This document shows, one piece after another, positions 1 through 8,709 of a DNA stretch of 64,000 bases; the stretch's first letter is position 1, and every line of letters begins with the position of its first letter. The position numbers and the translations under genes were made by a program. A model generated the notes under the pieces. The model was given only the letters and a program-made list of their open reading frames with translations. It was not told where the DNA came from and made no database searches. Origin of the DNA: a virus; the IMG/VR virus record IMGVR_UViG_3300045988_109366, positions 32,001 to 96,000 of that record; one strand, written 5' to 3'.

Positions 1-2
1 GG

Positions 3-1460
3 ATGTATGACACGTATCGTAATATGACCCGTATGGAGGTTAGGAATCAGGATGGAAATACGATTACCGACTCACACTATTACAATACCATACCATATAT
101 CAGTATGCCTAAGGATATGAAAGGTCTAAGGGATAAGGTTGGGGAGATAATCGATATGGATGATTTTAAGGACATCAAGGACGTTGCCGGACGTCTATAT
201 GACATAGCCATGGATCTTTCCGATATGGGCGTTGATATAAGCGAGGCGATTAGCGATGAGATGGTTATATCTAGGCCGGAGGATATCCGTGACCTTATGG
301 CGTCGCTGGATGTCATGTTATCTTCTATACAGAATGGTGATCCGGTATATGATGACTTTATTTCCGATCTTGATAGGATAACAGGGAAAGGGAATCCGAT
401 ATATGAGGTTCAGGATACTTACTTTACCGGGGATAGGATGGGGTATGTAAGGTCCGGGAAAACATCTCCTTCCGATATGTATGACAGGAACATGTTGTAT
501 GTAGGTAGAAATACATACCATAACACGACCCCGATAACCGACACCGATCAGGCCTATGAGGTGCTGGCTGATATCGGGATAGCCCAGCCCTCGTACTTAC
601 CGACAGGCGTGGTTCCCCAAGGGGCTTCTCGATCTGATATTGGCGTGGTCAAGGATAATATCAAGAAGTTGGTTATGGATAACATCTCATCCTCGAATAC
701 CGAGAACATGATCCTTACCAGATTGATATACCAGCATCCCGTAACCCCTAAGATGGATGATATCGATATTGATCGGGAGTTCAGGAGATACGAGGCTAGA
801 CAGGGAAAGGATCGGGATTTTATCAAATCCTGTACCTCGTTGAGGAAGACCCAGATCAAGGAAAGGTTAAAAAAATCGGATTTGTATAATAATGTCTTAC
901 GTTTCCTTGATTTTAATGGATTTTATAACGTATCTTTGAACCACCATGACAGAGGTACGTTAAAAAACATAGAGATATCGTTGCCGGATGGTCAGGTAAG
1001 GGATCTTCTGTTTGACGTGGCTATCGAGTCCGGTGACAGTAGCATGAGAAACCTTTTCTATCTGGATAGTCAGGACAGGATGATGGATGTCGGGTTTTAC
1101 AGGTATCTGTACCAAAGGAATCCGGGCCTGCTCCGGGAGGTCAACGGCGGCGTCGAGGCGAGACCGGACGGCTTGTTCTTGGCTCGTGGGAGGTATGATG
1201 ATTTCGTGTCATTCCAATCCGGTTTATATGAGAAGGTAGGTGAGACGGTTAATGGCGGGATATATAGCTTCGTGGATAATTTTATATATTCGGACCCATC
1301 ATCATATCAGGATAGTATGGTACGAAAGATAGGTGACGTTACGGTAAGAAGTGACGATAACCGTCTATCAAGGGTAGAGGATAATCCCTCATCCAGTAAG
1401 ATAATTAATGAATACACTGCTAATACAAATAAGTTGATGCGAGATTTTTCGTGTAATTAA
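3..1460 (+). CDS. hypothetical virion-module protein, 5' end outside window
   Basis: ORF open to the window edge (485 codons). Co-oriented with the tail-fibre genes and followed by a hairpin plus T-run. No diagnostic motif. Confidence 0.6.
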   Translation: MYDTYRNMTRMEVRNQDGNTITDSHYYNTIPYISMPKDMKGLRDKVGEIIDMDDFKDIKDVAGRLYDIAMDLSDMGVDISEAISDEMVISRPEDIRDLMASLDVMLSSIQNGDPVYDDFISDLDRITGKGNPIYEVQDTYFTGDRMGYVRSGKTSPSDMYDRNMLYVGRNTYHNTTPITDTDQAYEVLADIGIAQPSYLPTGVVPQGASRSDIGVVKDNIKKLVMDNISSSNTENMILTRLIYQHPVTPKMDDIDIDREFRRYEARQGKDRDFIKSCTSLRKTQIKERLKKSDLYNNVLRFLDFNGFYNVSLNHHDRGTLKNIEISLPDGQVRDLLFDVAIESGDSSMRNLFYLDSQDRMMDVGFYRYLYQRNPGLLREVNGGVEARPDGLFLARGRYDDFVSFQSGLYEKVGETVNGGIYSFVDNFIYSDPSSYQDSMVRKIGDVTVRSDDNRLSRVEDNPSSSKIINEYTANTNKLMRDFSCN

Positions 1461-1525
1461 TCTCTCTTTGACGTCGTGAGACGTTTTCTTTCGAGCATTG
1501 AAACATTGAATTTATAGATTTGCAT

Positions 1526-1561
1526 GAATCCGGGCCGTAGTGATACGTTCCGGATTTTTTT
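1526..1561 (+). terminator. intrinsic terminator
   Basis: Stem AATCCGG (1527-1533) / CCGGATT (1550-1556) followed by T7. Confidence 0.6.
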
Positions 1562-1707
1562 GTCTTGTACCGGTTCTTATTAATACCAATTGCATGACAT
1601 GACGTGCCTTGATGGTGACATATATCACGATCCCAGGATTATTAATTTTTGAACTTTGTAACGCCCGCCATCAGGTGGGGTTATTATTAATTCAAAAATA
1701 AATAGAC

Positions 1708-2241
1708 ATGGGTACAAGTGGAGACAAAATCGTGCTGTTAGACGGCATGGGTTCCGGTAGTGGAAGCGCCACTAACGGTTTATTATCTATGATTCCGGGT
1801 ATGTTTACCAGCCTTTTGGGTGGAAATAAGATGGATCCGAACTTGGTAGCGGCTTTGATGAACGGTCGTAACAACCAAGACCAGTTCGGAGGAGCCAACG
1901 GCTGGTGGTTATGGATCATCGTCCTGTTCTGGTTATGGGGTGGCCGTGGACGTAGCAGACGTTCGGATGGGACTTACATGGGTTATGGTGGTGGAATATA
2001 TGACCATTATGGCAAGGAGCATGACGGTAGGATGGATGAGCTAGAACGCCGTGAGCGTGATCTTGAAAGACGTGAGAGGGAACTGGAACGTGACGAGCGC
2101 GAGCTTGAGAAACGTGAGAGACTCCATGAACGTGAGGACGAGATGTATCGCAGGGGATGGTTCGGTGAGCGTAACATCCGTGACGAGTACGAAGGTACCG
2201 AACCGTATATGCGCAGGGGACGCAGGAGTCGTTACTACTGA
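1708..2241 (+). CDS. small membrane-anchored protein with Arg/Glu-rich coiled-coil tail
   Basis: Hydrophobic WWLWIIVLFWLWGG segment followed by RERDLERRERELERDERELEKRER repeats. Confidence 0.6.
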   Translation: MGTSGDKIVLLDGMGSGSGSATNGLLSMIPGMFTSLLGGNKMDPNLVAALMNGRNNQDQFGGANGWWLWIIVLFWLWGGRGRSRRSDGTYMGYGGGIYDHYGKEHDGRMDELERRERDLERRERELERDERELEKRERLHEREDEMYRRGWFGERNIRDEYEGTEPYMRRGRRSRYY

Positions 2242-2334
2242 GGAGCAGACGCCGATGACCCGGATTATAAGCGGTATATAGACACCCATGGATATCACTT
2301 TTCCAAGGAGCTGGCTAGGGAAGCCGCTGACAAG

Positions 2335-2628
2335 ATGCTTAACGCCGACGGATCCAAGAGAAGATGGACGATGGAGGACGCTAAGCAGATGTTCGATAAA
2401 TGCGGGGCTAAGAAACCTGATAACGCTACGTGGGGAGATATCCAATATCTGTTCGCTATGTTCTATAGCGACTACTTTCCTAAGGTATTGGATTGCGACC
2501 AGAAAATAGTCAAGGCTGTCTTGGCTTATCTGGAAGACCCTGACGCCCCGGAAGGGACGGCGTTCGTAAGGTATCTGGCGGTGCGGTGCTTCGTCGGTGA
2601 CACAATCAAATGGAGTGATATGATTTAG
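2335..2628 (+). CDS. hypothetical protein
   Basis: 97-codon ORF from the first ATG. The frame is open from 2242 and is the same frame as 1708-2241, separated by one TGA. Followed by a terminator. Confidence 0.55.
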   Translation: MLNADGSKRRWTMEDAKQMFDKCGAKKPDNATWGDIQYLFAMFYSDYFPKVLDCDQKIVKAVLAYLEDPDAPEGTAFVRYLAVRCFVGDTIKWSDMI

Positions 2629-2647
2629 GTTTGATACAACGTTGGAG

Positions 2648-2686
2648 AACCCTGTCGGCAATAGAATACCGATAGGGTTTCTTTTT
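2648..2686 (+). terminator. intrinsic terminator
   Basis: 11-bp stem AACCCTGTCGG / CCGATAGGGTT (one G-U pair), then TCTTTTT. Confidence 0.65.
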
Positions 2687-2862
2687 GACCGTAGCTTTAT
2701 TATGATTACATTTGTTCGAGGTAGATCTTTTTGTCATGGTAGGGTGGGCGGGAATGAAAAAAAGGATATCCTCACGGACACCCTTCCCCTTGGTTGAAAA
2801 TCACTTAAAACATTATGAGTTACTACTACACCGCAAATATAGATAAATAAACGTGAATAGCA

Positions 2863-3192
2863 ATGGGTAAGGGGTATTATTGGATAGAACCTGTGGATCG
2901 GACGTTAAATGATTTTCAGTTTTATAAGGCTCGTATCGTGGGTGATCCTGAATATGACGAGAAGCATCATCGTGTTATATTAAGGACGGATAAGTATTTC
3001 CCGGTAGGAAGTATCTTCCATGTCCTTAATGATCCGGAGATGTTCGTTATAGAGAGGAAATTTAAGACATGGGGGAATAAGTATGTCATTAAGCCTTGTG
3101 AAGGTGAATGGGAATGGGAGTCTGTCCAGAAACTTAAAGACAAGGCTATTATATTCCGTAGCGGATTCCTGCACGGGGATGGTGGTTTCTAA
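2863..3192 (+). CDS. hypothetical protein
   Basis: 109-codon ORF on the coding strand of the virion module. Confidence 0.6.
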   Translation: MGKGYYWIEPVDRTLNDFQFYKARIVGDPEYDEKHHRVILRTDKYFPVGSIFHVLNDPEMFVIERKFKTWGNKYVIKPCEGEWEWESVQKLKDKAIIFRSGFLHGDGGF

Positions 3193-3244
3193 CACTTACC
3201 CGTATCTCCCCACCCCTCGATTTCTTGGTATTTATGTATATAAC

Positions 3245-3252
3245 TATATTTG
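3245..3252 (+). promoter_or_regulatory. Bacteroidota-type -7 promoter box TATATTTG
   Basis: Matches TAnnTTTG. Lies 19 nt upstream of the in-frame ATG at 3271. Confidence 0.4.
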
Positions 3253-3270
3253 AGCAAAAATAATTATGAT

Positions 3271-4905
3271 ATGGAAGATTTTCAAGGTAAATACAATGGT
3301 AAGCAGATAGAGCAGCTTTTGGATAAGGCTAATGATATTGATCTTTCCAAATACGCTCTTAAGACGGATAACGCTCCTACCGCCACAAAATTACAGGCAG
3401 CTAGGACTATAGTGCTGTCCGGGGCTGTTAGCGGTAGTGTCTCATCGGACTTTGGAAGTAATGTTACTATCTCCACGACATTGTCGAACTTCGACGCCTC
3501 TAAGATCGCGTCCGGAACCATCAGCATAGATAGGTTACCTAAGGCGGCTTTGGAGAGATTGATCGTGGTAGCTGATGATACGGCAAGGTTTAAACTTACT
3601 ACAGCCACGGCTCAGGTCGGGGACACGGTTAAGGTAACGGCCACGAATAAGATGTATCTGGTCAAGGATGATAGTAAGTTGAATACCGAGGATGGTTACG
3701 AGCCTTATACGGCAAGTTCGGCGTCATCTGTGCCATGGTCTGGAGTGACCGGCAAACCTAGCACCTTCGCTCCACCTACGGCGGCGGCCTCCACCTTAGG
3801 TGGCGTAAAGGTAGGATACACGACTTCTGGCAAGAACTATAAGTTACAGGTTGACGCTTCTGGTAACGCTTTTGTTAATGTTCCATGGACAGATAATAAT
3901 ACGACCTATAATCAGGCCACGGCTGACACTTTAGGATTGGTTAAGATCGGTTATACCTCTAGTGGGAAGAACTATGCCGTATCCTTGGATGCTAATGGTA
4001 AGATGTATGTGAATGTCCCTTGGACTGACAATAACACGACTTACACCCAAGCCACGAGCGATAAATTGGGTCTTGTTAAGATCGGGTATTCGGCTAACGG
4101 AAAGAATTACCCGGTAGCTCTTGACGGAAATGGTAAGATGTATGTGAACGTTCCGTGGACGGACACCAACACCACATATTCCAATATGGGGGCGGCGACC
4201 TCCTCGGCTGCGGGAAAGGCCGGCTTGGTCCCCGCACCTGCCGCCGGAGCGCAAGCCAAGTATCTTCGTGGTGATGGAACATGGCAAACCCCTCCTAATA
4301 CCACATATAGCAACATGGGTGGAGCGACGTCCTCAGCCGCAGGATCGGCGGGATTGGTACCCGCTCCGGCTGCCGGCAAGCAAACCTCTTTCCTTCGTGG
4401 TGATGGCACATGGGTCGTGCCTACCAATACCACGTACGGGTTGGCCTCCACTTCCGCCAACGGCTTATTGAGACAGCTTAATGGTAGCACCTCTAATTTT
4501 ATGCGTGGAGATGGTACATGGGCTACCCCTCCTAACACGACATATGCCGTGGCCAACGAATCCACTAATGGATTGATGGCGGCCGCCGATAAGAAGACCA
4601 TGAACAGGCTTATAGGGGTTAATACGGTCACGACATTAGCCAGCTTACCTATCTCTAAAAGAAGCATCACGGCCACGCTATCAGCGGCTACCACCCTATC
4701 CGTGGCGTCAGGTATGCAGATAGGAGAGGAGCTGATGATCAGGTGTGTCCCGTCTGCGGTCTTTACTCAAGCCATACCAAATTCAGGAGCTTATGTAAGC
4801 ATGAGTGGTACTTCTATAACCACTACGGCTAACAAGCCTTTCGAGATAAATATCTGGTGTTACGCTTCAGGCAAGTATAGCATCGCTGTTAAAGAACAAG
4901 ATTAA
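3271..4905 (+). CDS. tail fibre protein with internal tandem repeats
   Basis: Three ~45-aa repeats (GLVKIGY..GKNY....NGKMYVNVPWTDNNTTY). Then three repeats of SSAAG.AGLVPAPAAG...LRGDGTW..P.NTTY, typical of phage fibre repeats. Start moved from TTG 3250 to ATG 3271. Confidence 0.75.
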   Translation: MEDFQGKYNGKQIEQLLDKANDIDLSKYALKTDNAPTATKLQAARTIVLSGAVSGSVSSDFGSNVTISTTLSNFDASKIASGTISIDRLPKAALERLIVVADDTARFKLTTATAQVGDTVKVTATNKMYLVKDDSKLNTEDGYEPYTASSASSVPWSGVTGKPSTFAPPTAAASTLGGVKVGYTTSGKNYKLQVDASGNAFVNVPWTDNNTTYNQATADTLGLVKIGYTSSGKNYAVSLDANGKMYVNVPWTDNNTTYTQATSDKLGLVKIGYSANGKNYPVALDGNGKMYVNVPWTDTNTTYSNMGAATSSAAGKAGLVPAPAAGAQAKYLRGDGTWQTPPNTTYSNMGGATSSAAGSAGLVPAPAAGKQTSFLRGDGTWVVPTNTTYGLASTSANGLLRQLNGSTSNFMRGDGTWATPPNTTYAVANESTNGLMAAADKKTMNRLIGVNTVTTLASLPISKRSITATLSAATTLSVASGMQIGEELMIRCVPSAVFTQAIPNSGAYVSMSGTSITTTANKPFEINIWCYASGKYSIAVKEQD

Positions 4906-4915
4906 AGAATAGATT

Positions 4916-5965
4916 ATGGCATATACATATATAAACAGGGAAATATATCCCAATATGTTGGTTTTAGACGAACCTCTTGATGATAATTACGCTAAGGGTA
5001 ATAGTTATGATGATTATATTAATGGCAATCCGATTCCATGGATAGAGCTGAGACAAGAACAACTTTCGTTCAAGGAAGCTAATCCTAAAGCCACGGTTAA
5101 GGAGATCATTGAGGCTAGATTAGATGAGTCAAGGGTTCTTAACGAGGAGAAATCGGCTAAATATGAGGAGCTGAGATCTTATGAGACTGAAAATCTCCAT
5201 GAGTTTTTCTTGGATGATCAAGATATTTATATTCCTGAATATGACAGACGTAGCGCTTTGGCTGATGGGGCTATAGTCGGTAAGATAACGATTATGGGTC
5301 TGGAGTTCGATATGACGGAAGGCAAGATCTTGATCGGGATGATGGATAAGTACGATAACGATCTGACAACGGCGTTAGGGGACAAGCAAAAGCAGATCAG
5401 TATAGCCACTACCGTAGAACAGGTGAGAGCTGTCGATGTTCAGTCCGGCTATCCTGATAAGGTAAGTGTTACCACGGCGTACATCCAGCAGCAGGCGAAG
5501 GAGAAGGATGCTCTCGATCCTCAAAAAGTAGCTGTCGAGTTTTCTAGGATGTTGGTTAATGACAAATCTTTATCCTTATCATCCAACGAGAAATTGGATG
5601 TTAAGGTCCTATTTCCTATATGGGGACAAGAAGGAGCGGAGTTCGGGCTATCCGTGGATACCGGATTTTGTCTTAGGGTAGTTAAGGAGGATACGGATAT
5701 CCTTTACGAGGTTATCCAGCCTCATACGTTATCGTCAGAATGGGAGCCTGGACTCAGTACGGCCTCCTTATATAAGGTTGTTGACAAGGAGCATGCCGGG
5801 ACTATAGGTGATCCTATCCCTTATTTCCCTCCTATGGAGATATTTAAGGATAAATATTACATTCAGAACGCTGACGTGTATAAATGCACAAGGGATAGTG
5901 GAACTCCTCTTAGTCATAATTTAAAGGACTTAGTAGGGTTGTATGTTGAGGTTGTACAGGGCTAG
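4916..5965 (+). CDS. hypothetical protein downstream of tail fibre (possible fibre-associated protein)
   Basis: 349-codon ORF, 10 nt after the fibre gene. No diagnostic motif. Confidence 0.55.
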   Translation: MAYTYINREIYPNMLVLDEPLDDNYAKGNSYDDYINGNPIPWIELRQEQLSFKEANPKATVKEIIEARLDESRVLNEEKSAKYEELRSYETENLHEFFLDDQDIYIPEYDRRSALADGAIVGKITIMGLEFDMTEGKILIGMMDKYDNDLTTALGDKQKQISIATTVEQVRAVDVQSGYPDKVSVTTAYIQQQAKEKDALDPQKVAVEFSRMLVNDKSLSLSSNEKLDVKVLFPIWGQEGAEFGLSVDTGFCLRVVKEDTDILYEVIQPHTLSSEWEPGLSTASLYKVVDKEHAGTIGDPIPYFPPMEIFKDKYYIQNADVYKCTRDSGTPLSHNLKDLVGLYVEVVQG

Positions 5966-6052
5966 TCGTATCTACCCCCCCCTATATTTGGCTTGTGATA
6001 TGATATGAGTTATTTTTGGCATAATAAAATGACATTTATAAATAAATAGATT

Positions 6053-6712
6053 ATGGCTTCACGAAAATTTGGTTTCGTAATCGTCGACCCGGTATCAGGA
6101 TCAGGAGATCAGGCGGTTAATATCTCCGGTGAGAAACACACCGGTCGTCTTCAACGCACTATCAACCTTACGGTCACCACGAACGGCGGGGCTAAGAAGG
6201 CGTTGGTAGTTAATCAGGCAGCGGCTGCTGAGGTGGTAAGATCAGACAGCCCTAACGCTTCCGTACAAAAGACAGGTGGTAATGTTACCATCACCGGTAA
6301 GTCTAACAGTACTAAGCTTACATTTTCGGTCACGTCGGCTGAGGAGAACGGGCTTACGTTACAGCTCCCGGCTAACTACACGGCGGCTGGAAAGACTACG
6401 GCTAACGGAGCGGTTATCGCCGACGACCCCGGAGCCGCTGGCGAGTTCGTTTGGAGCATCACGATCTCGGACGTACCGGCCAACGTCACGATCGAGGAAC
6501 TGACAGCTACATTGAAGGTAACTGCCGCTGGTGGCCAGATAGCCAACGTGACGGTAACGCAAGCCGCTGGAAACTCTACTATCGAGCTTGACAAGGAGAC
6601 TATTAACTTGGATGTAAATGGTACTCAACAGACGGTTAACGTAACATCTAACGACAGCTGGACTTGGGCGCAAGCAGCCGCCAGAACCGTATTGAGAATG
6701 ATGGGACGATAA
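6053..6712 (+). CDS. BACON/Ig-like repeat surface protein
   Basis: Two beta-rich repeats ending ...GAKKALVVNQAA and ...ANVTVTQAAG. The pattern is typical of BACON-type Ig-like domains. Confidence 0.5.
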   Translation: MASRKFGFVIVDPVSGSGDQAVNISGEKHTGRLQRTINLTVTTNGGAKKALVVNQAAAAEVVRSDSPNASVQKTGGNVTITGKSNSTKLTFSVTSAEENGLTLQLPANYTAAGKTTANGAVIADDPGAAGEFVWSITISDVPANVTIEELTATLKVTAAGGQIANVTVTQAAGNSTIELDKETINLDVNGTQQTVNVTSNDSWTWAQAAARTVLRMMGR

Positions 6713-6736
6713 TCAGTTTCTTTTCGTTTACTCAGA

Positions 6737-6774
6737 CCCCGATCGACTTAAGCCGGTTGGGGTTTATTTATTTT
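6737..6774 (+). terminator. intrinsic terminator
   Basis: Stem CCCCGATCG / CGGTTGGGG (with G-U pairs) followed by TTTATTTATTTT. Confidence 0.5.
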
Positions 6775-6776
6775 AC

Positions 6777-6784
6777 TATCTTTG
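6777..6784 (+). promoter_or_regulatory. -7 promoter box TATCTTTG
   Basis: TAnnTTTG match 27 nt upstream of ATG 6811. The identical octamer recurs at 8687 and 57976. Confidence 0.45.
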
Positions 6785-6810
6785 CAATAGAACGAAAAAA
6801 CGATATATAT

Positions 6811-7812
6811 ATGGCTAATGATTTGAATATTAATTGGAAAGACGGGGTAGGTGAGGTAACGGACCAGCCTCTGACCATCAGCCCGGGGTCCGGGACCGGT
6901 AACTCCGCTGTTTCTTTTGGCTCGGTAATGAACAAAGGTCTTGATCGTACCCTTGAGTTGGAGATAACAACTGCCAAAGGCGTTAAGAAGACGCTTACGG
7001 TGAATCAGGAGGGATGTAGGCAGGCTTATATCACAAGCGACGGTAAACGGTGGCTGACTAGCGACAATCGGGTGTATGGGGTGTTGAAGAGTGACGCTCC
7101 GTGTCAGTGCAACGGTACTTGCCTTATTTCTTATGTTCGCCCTGATGGAAGTATAACGTACACACCTTCCGATGATTGTATAGGCGTTGTCCTTAACGCT
7201 CAAGGTAAGAGATTTATGATTGAGAAATATGAGGATCTTAATGAAAGCTATGTAACAGCCGGAGCCGGGAAGGACAGCACTTCCATTTTTTATTGGGGTG
7301 GATATGGTACGGATCAGACCGGCATTACAAATTATAACAAAGTAGATGGAAGTGATATTAGAGGTTACCTAAAACCGGAGTCGGGTTCATACAATGGTAC
7401 CCCTAACCTTTCGGCAAATATTACTGCCTGGACAAGCGGGGCTTTATCTGATTGGAATGGAAAATCCAATTCAGAGATATTAAAAGGAATAACTACCGGT
7501 GGTGGGTCTTATACTTCCTATGCGACAATTGGCCATGTGCTTAATACGTTCTTAGCTAGTGCTGACGCTAAAGGATATGATGATTGGTATATCCCATCAT
7601 GCGCTCAACTTGCGTTAATATTTATGAACTTGACGAGTGTCAATAACGCATTATCGGCTATTGGTGGACAACAACTCAGTCCATCCAAAGCCTATTGGGT
7701 TAGCTCAGAGTTTGACTCCAACAGCGGGCATCGCGTGTACTTCAAAGATGGCAGCGTGAACGGCAGCAGTAAGGGCAGCCGTTATAGTGTGCGGTTCATC
7801 AGGGACATTTAA
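6811..7812 (+). CDS. BACON-like N-domain plus DUF1566/Lcl-like C-terminal domain protein
   Basis: N-terminus PLTISPGSGTGNSAVSF...KKTLTVNQEG. C-terminus YDDWYIPSCAQL, YWVSSE, YSVRFIRD. Start moved to ATG 6811, after the terminator and promoter. Confidence 0.55.
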   Translation: MANDLNINWKDGVGEVTDQPLTISPGSGTGNSAVSFGSVMNKGLDRTLELEITTAKGVKKTLTVNQEGCRQAYITSDGKRWLTSDNRVYGVLKSDAPCQCNGTCLISYVRPDGSITYTPSDDCIGVVLNAQGKRFMIEKYEDLNESYVTAGAGKDSTSIFYWGGYGTDQTGITNYNKVDGSDIRGYLKPESGSYNGTPNLSANITAWTSGALSDWNGKSNSEILKGITTGGGSYTSYATIGHVLNTFLASADAKGYDDWYIPSCAQLALIFMNLTSVNNALSAIGGQQLSPSKAYWVSSEFDSNSGHRVYFKDGSVNGSSKGSRYSVRFIRDI

Positions 7813-7901
7813 CCATGGAACTGCTTTGTTTTTACAAAATCTGTAATTACATTTGTGGCGCATGTCCATCACCATGCTTTTCATCGCTAATTTATTATAA
7901 A

Positions 7902-7942
7902 GGGATACAGGTCTGTGATGGGATCGGTATCCCTGTTTTTTT
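7902..7942 (+). terminator. intrinsic terminator
   Basis: Stem GGGATAC (7902-7908) / GTATCCC (7927-7933) followed by TGTTTTTTT. Confidence 0.6.
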
Positions 7943-7946
7943 AGAT

Positions 7947-8225
7947 ATGAAGAAGATAGATGTTTTCGATGTTCAGATTCCTGATGGGAGACAAATCCGT
8001 TGTATGTCGTATAATAAGGTTACTTATTTTGATCTTGACGATATATGTAAGTTATGTTTCAGTTCATACGATTTACATGATGTGGCTGACACTAAGGTCA
8101 TGAGTGAGTTCTTGCGTCGTGATGGGAATCGTTATTGGACTACGATAGATGGCGTAAGGCAGTTGTATCGTAGGATTGAGTGTAAGATGTGTTTTAAGGT
8201 AATAGAGAAATTGAGAAAGTTATGA
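7947..8225 (+). CDS. hypothetical protein
   Basis: In-frame ATG directly after the terminator. The upstream part of the tracked ORF 7815-8225 covers the terminator hairpin. Confidence 0.5.
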   Translation: MKKIDVFDVQIPDGRQIRCMSYNKVTYFDLDDICKLCFSSYDLHDVADTKVMSEFLRRDGNRYWTTIDGVRQLYRRIECKMCFKVIEKLRKL

Positions 8226-8623
8226 GGGAGCAGAAATTTGATTTCGTGATATATCCGTTGGATTTGATTATCACGGTTGGGTTGGATTATAAGACGTCGT
8301 GTGATCGTTTCGAGAATATGGAACCTGAACACGAGGGGAAATGGGGAGATGAAGATGATATGGATAAGGAGGCGTCTTTCGCAAATTTGGTAAGGGATAG
8401 GGATGATGACGATAAATTCGCCATACTTTGGAATTTTTCGAGCGACGATGATTTAATAATGAGAAATATATGTCACGAGTCATTCCATATAGCAATGAGC
8501 GTATGTCAGTTTTGTAATATGTCGCTTGGATTTAAGGTCGGAGAGGATGAACATGCGGTGTATATAGCCGGTTTTGCTGGTGATTGCGTTAGTGAGTTCA
8601 TCAATAGCAAGAATATGGATTAA
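8222..8623 (+). CDS. small acidic protein with HExxH motif (possible zincin-like)
   Basis: CHESFHIAM motif and an acidic central stretch. ATGA-type overlap with the upstream gene. Confidence 0.45.
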   Translation: MREQKFDFVIYPLDLIITVGLDYKTSCDRFENMEPEHEGKWGDEDDMDKEASFANLVRDRDDDDKFAILWNFSSDDDLIMRNICHESFHIAMSVCQFCNMSLGFKVGEDEHAVYIAGFAGDCVSEFINSKNMD

Positions 8624-8655
8624 GTCATAAATTATATAAATAATATAAGAATATC

Positions 8656-8686
8656 AGCCTCCGCTTATTTGTGGGGGCTTTTTATT
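8656..8686 (+). terminator. intrinsic terminator
   Basis: Stem AGCCTCC / GGGGGCT followed by TTTTTATTT. Confidence 0.65.
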
Positions 8687-8694
8687 TATCTTTG
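8687..8694 (+). promoter_or_regulatory. -7 promoter box TATCTTTG
   Basis: TAnnTTTG match 16 nt upstream of ATG 8710. Confidence 0.5.
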
Positions 8695-8709
8695 TAAAAA
8701 CATGAAGTT

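Noticed and set aside
2239-2241. The single in-frame TGA between 1708-2241 and the open frame 2242-2628 could indicate stop-codon readthrough or TGA recoding, as in some crAss-like lineages.
   Set aside because: TGA is used as a genuine stop in many ATGA start/stop junctions across the window. No suppressor tRNA is present. Sharing a frame has a one-in-three chance. Kept as two genes.
2041-2661. 206-codon minus-strand ORF. Similar antisense ORFs occur inside larger genes (3282-3608, 4107-4694, 6359-6673, 6748-7203, 9807-10250, 11590-11961, 12790-13416).
   Set aside because: They lie inside better-supported plus-strand genes of the virion module. They have no start context or coupling. They are typical shadow ORFs.
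7815-7946. N-terminal 44 codons of the tracked ORF 7815-8225.
   Set aside because: This part covers a clear hairpin plus T-run terminator (7902-7942). The in-frame ATG at 7947 is the more plausible start.
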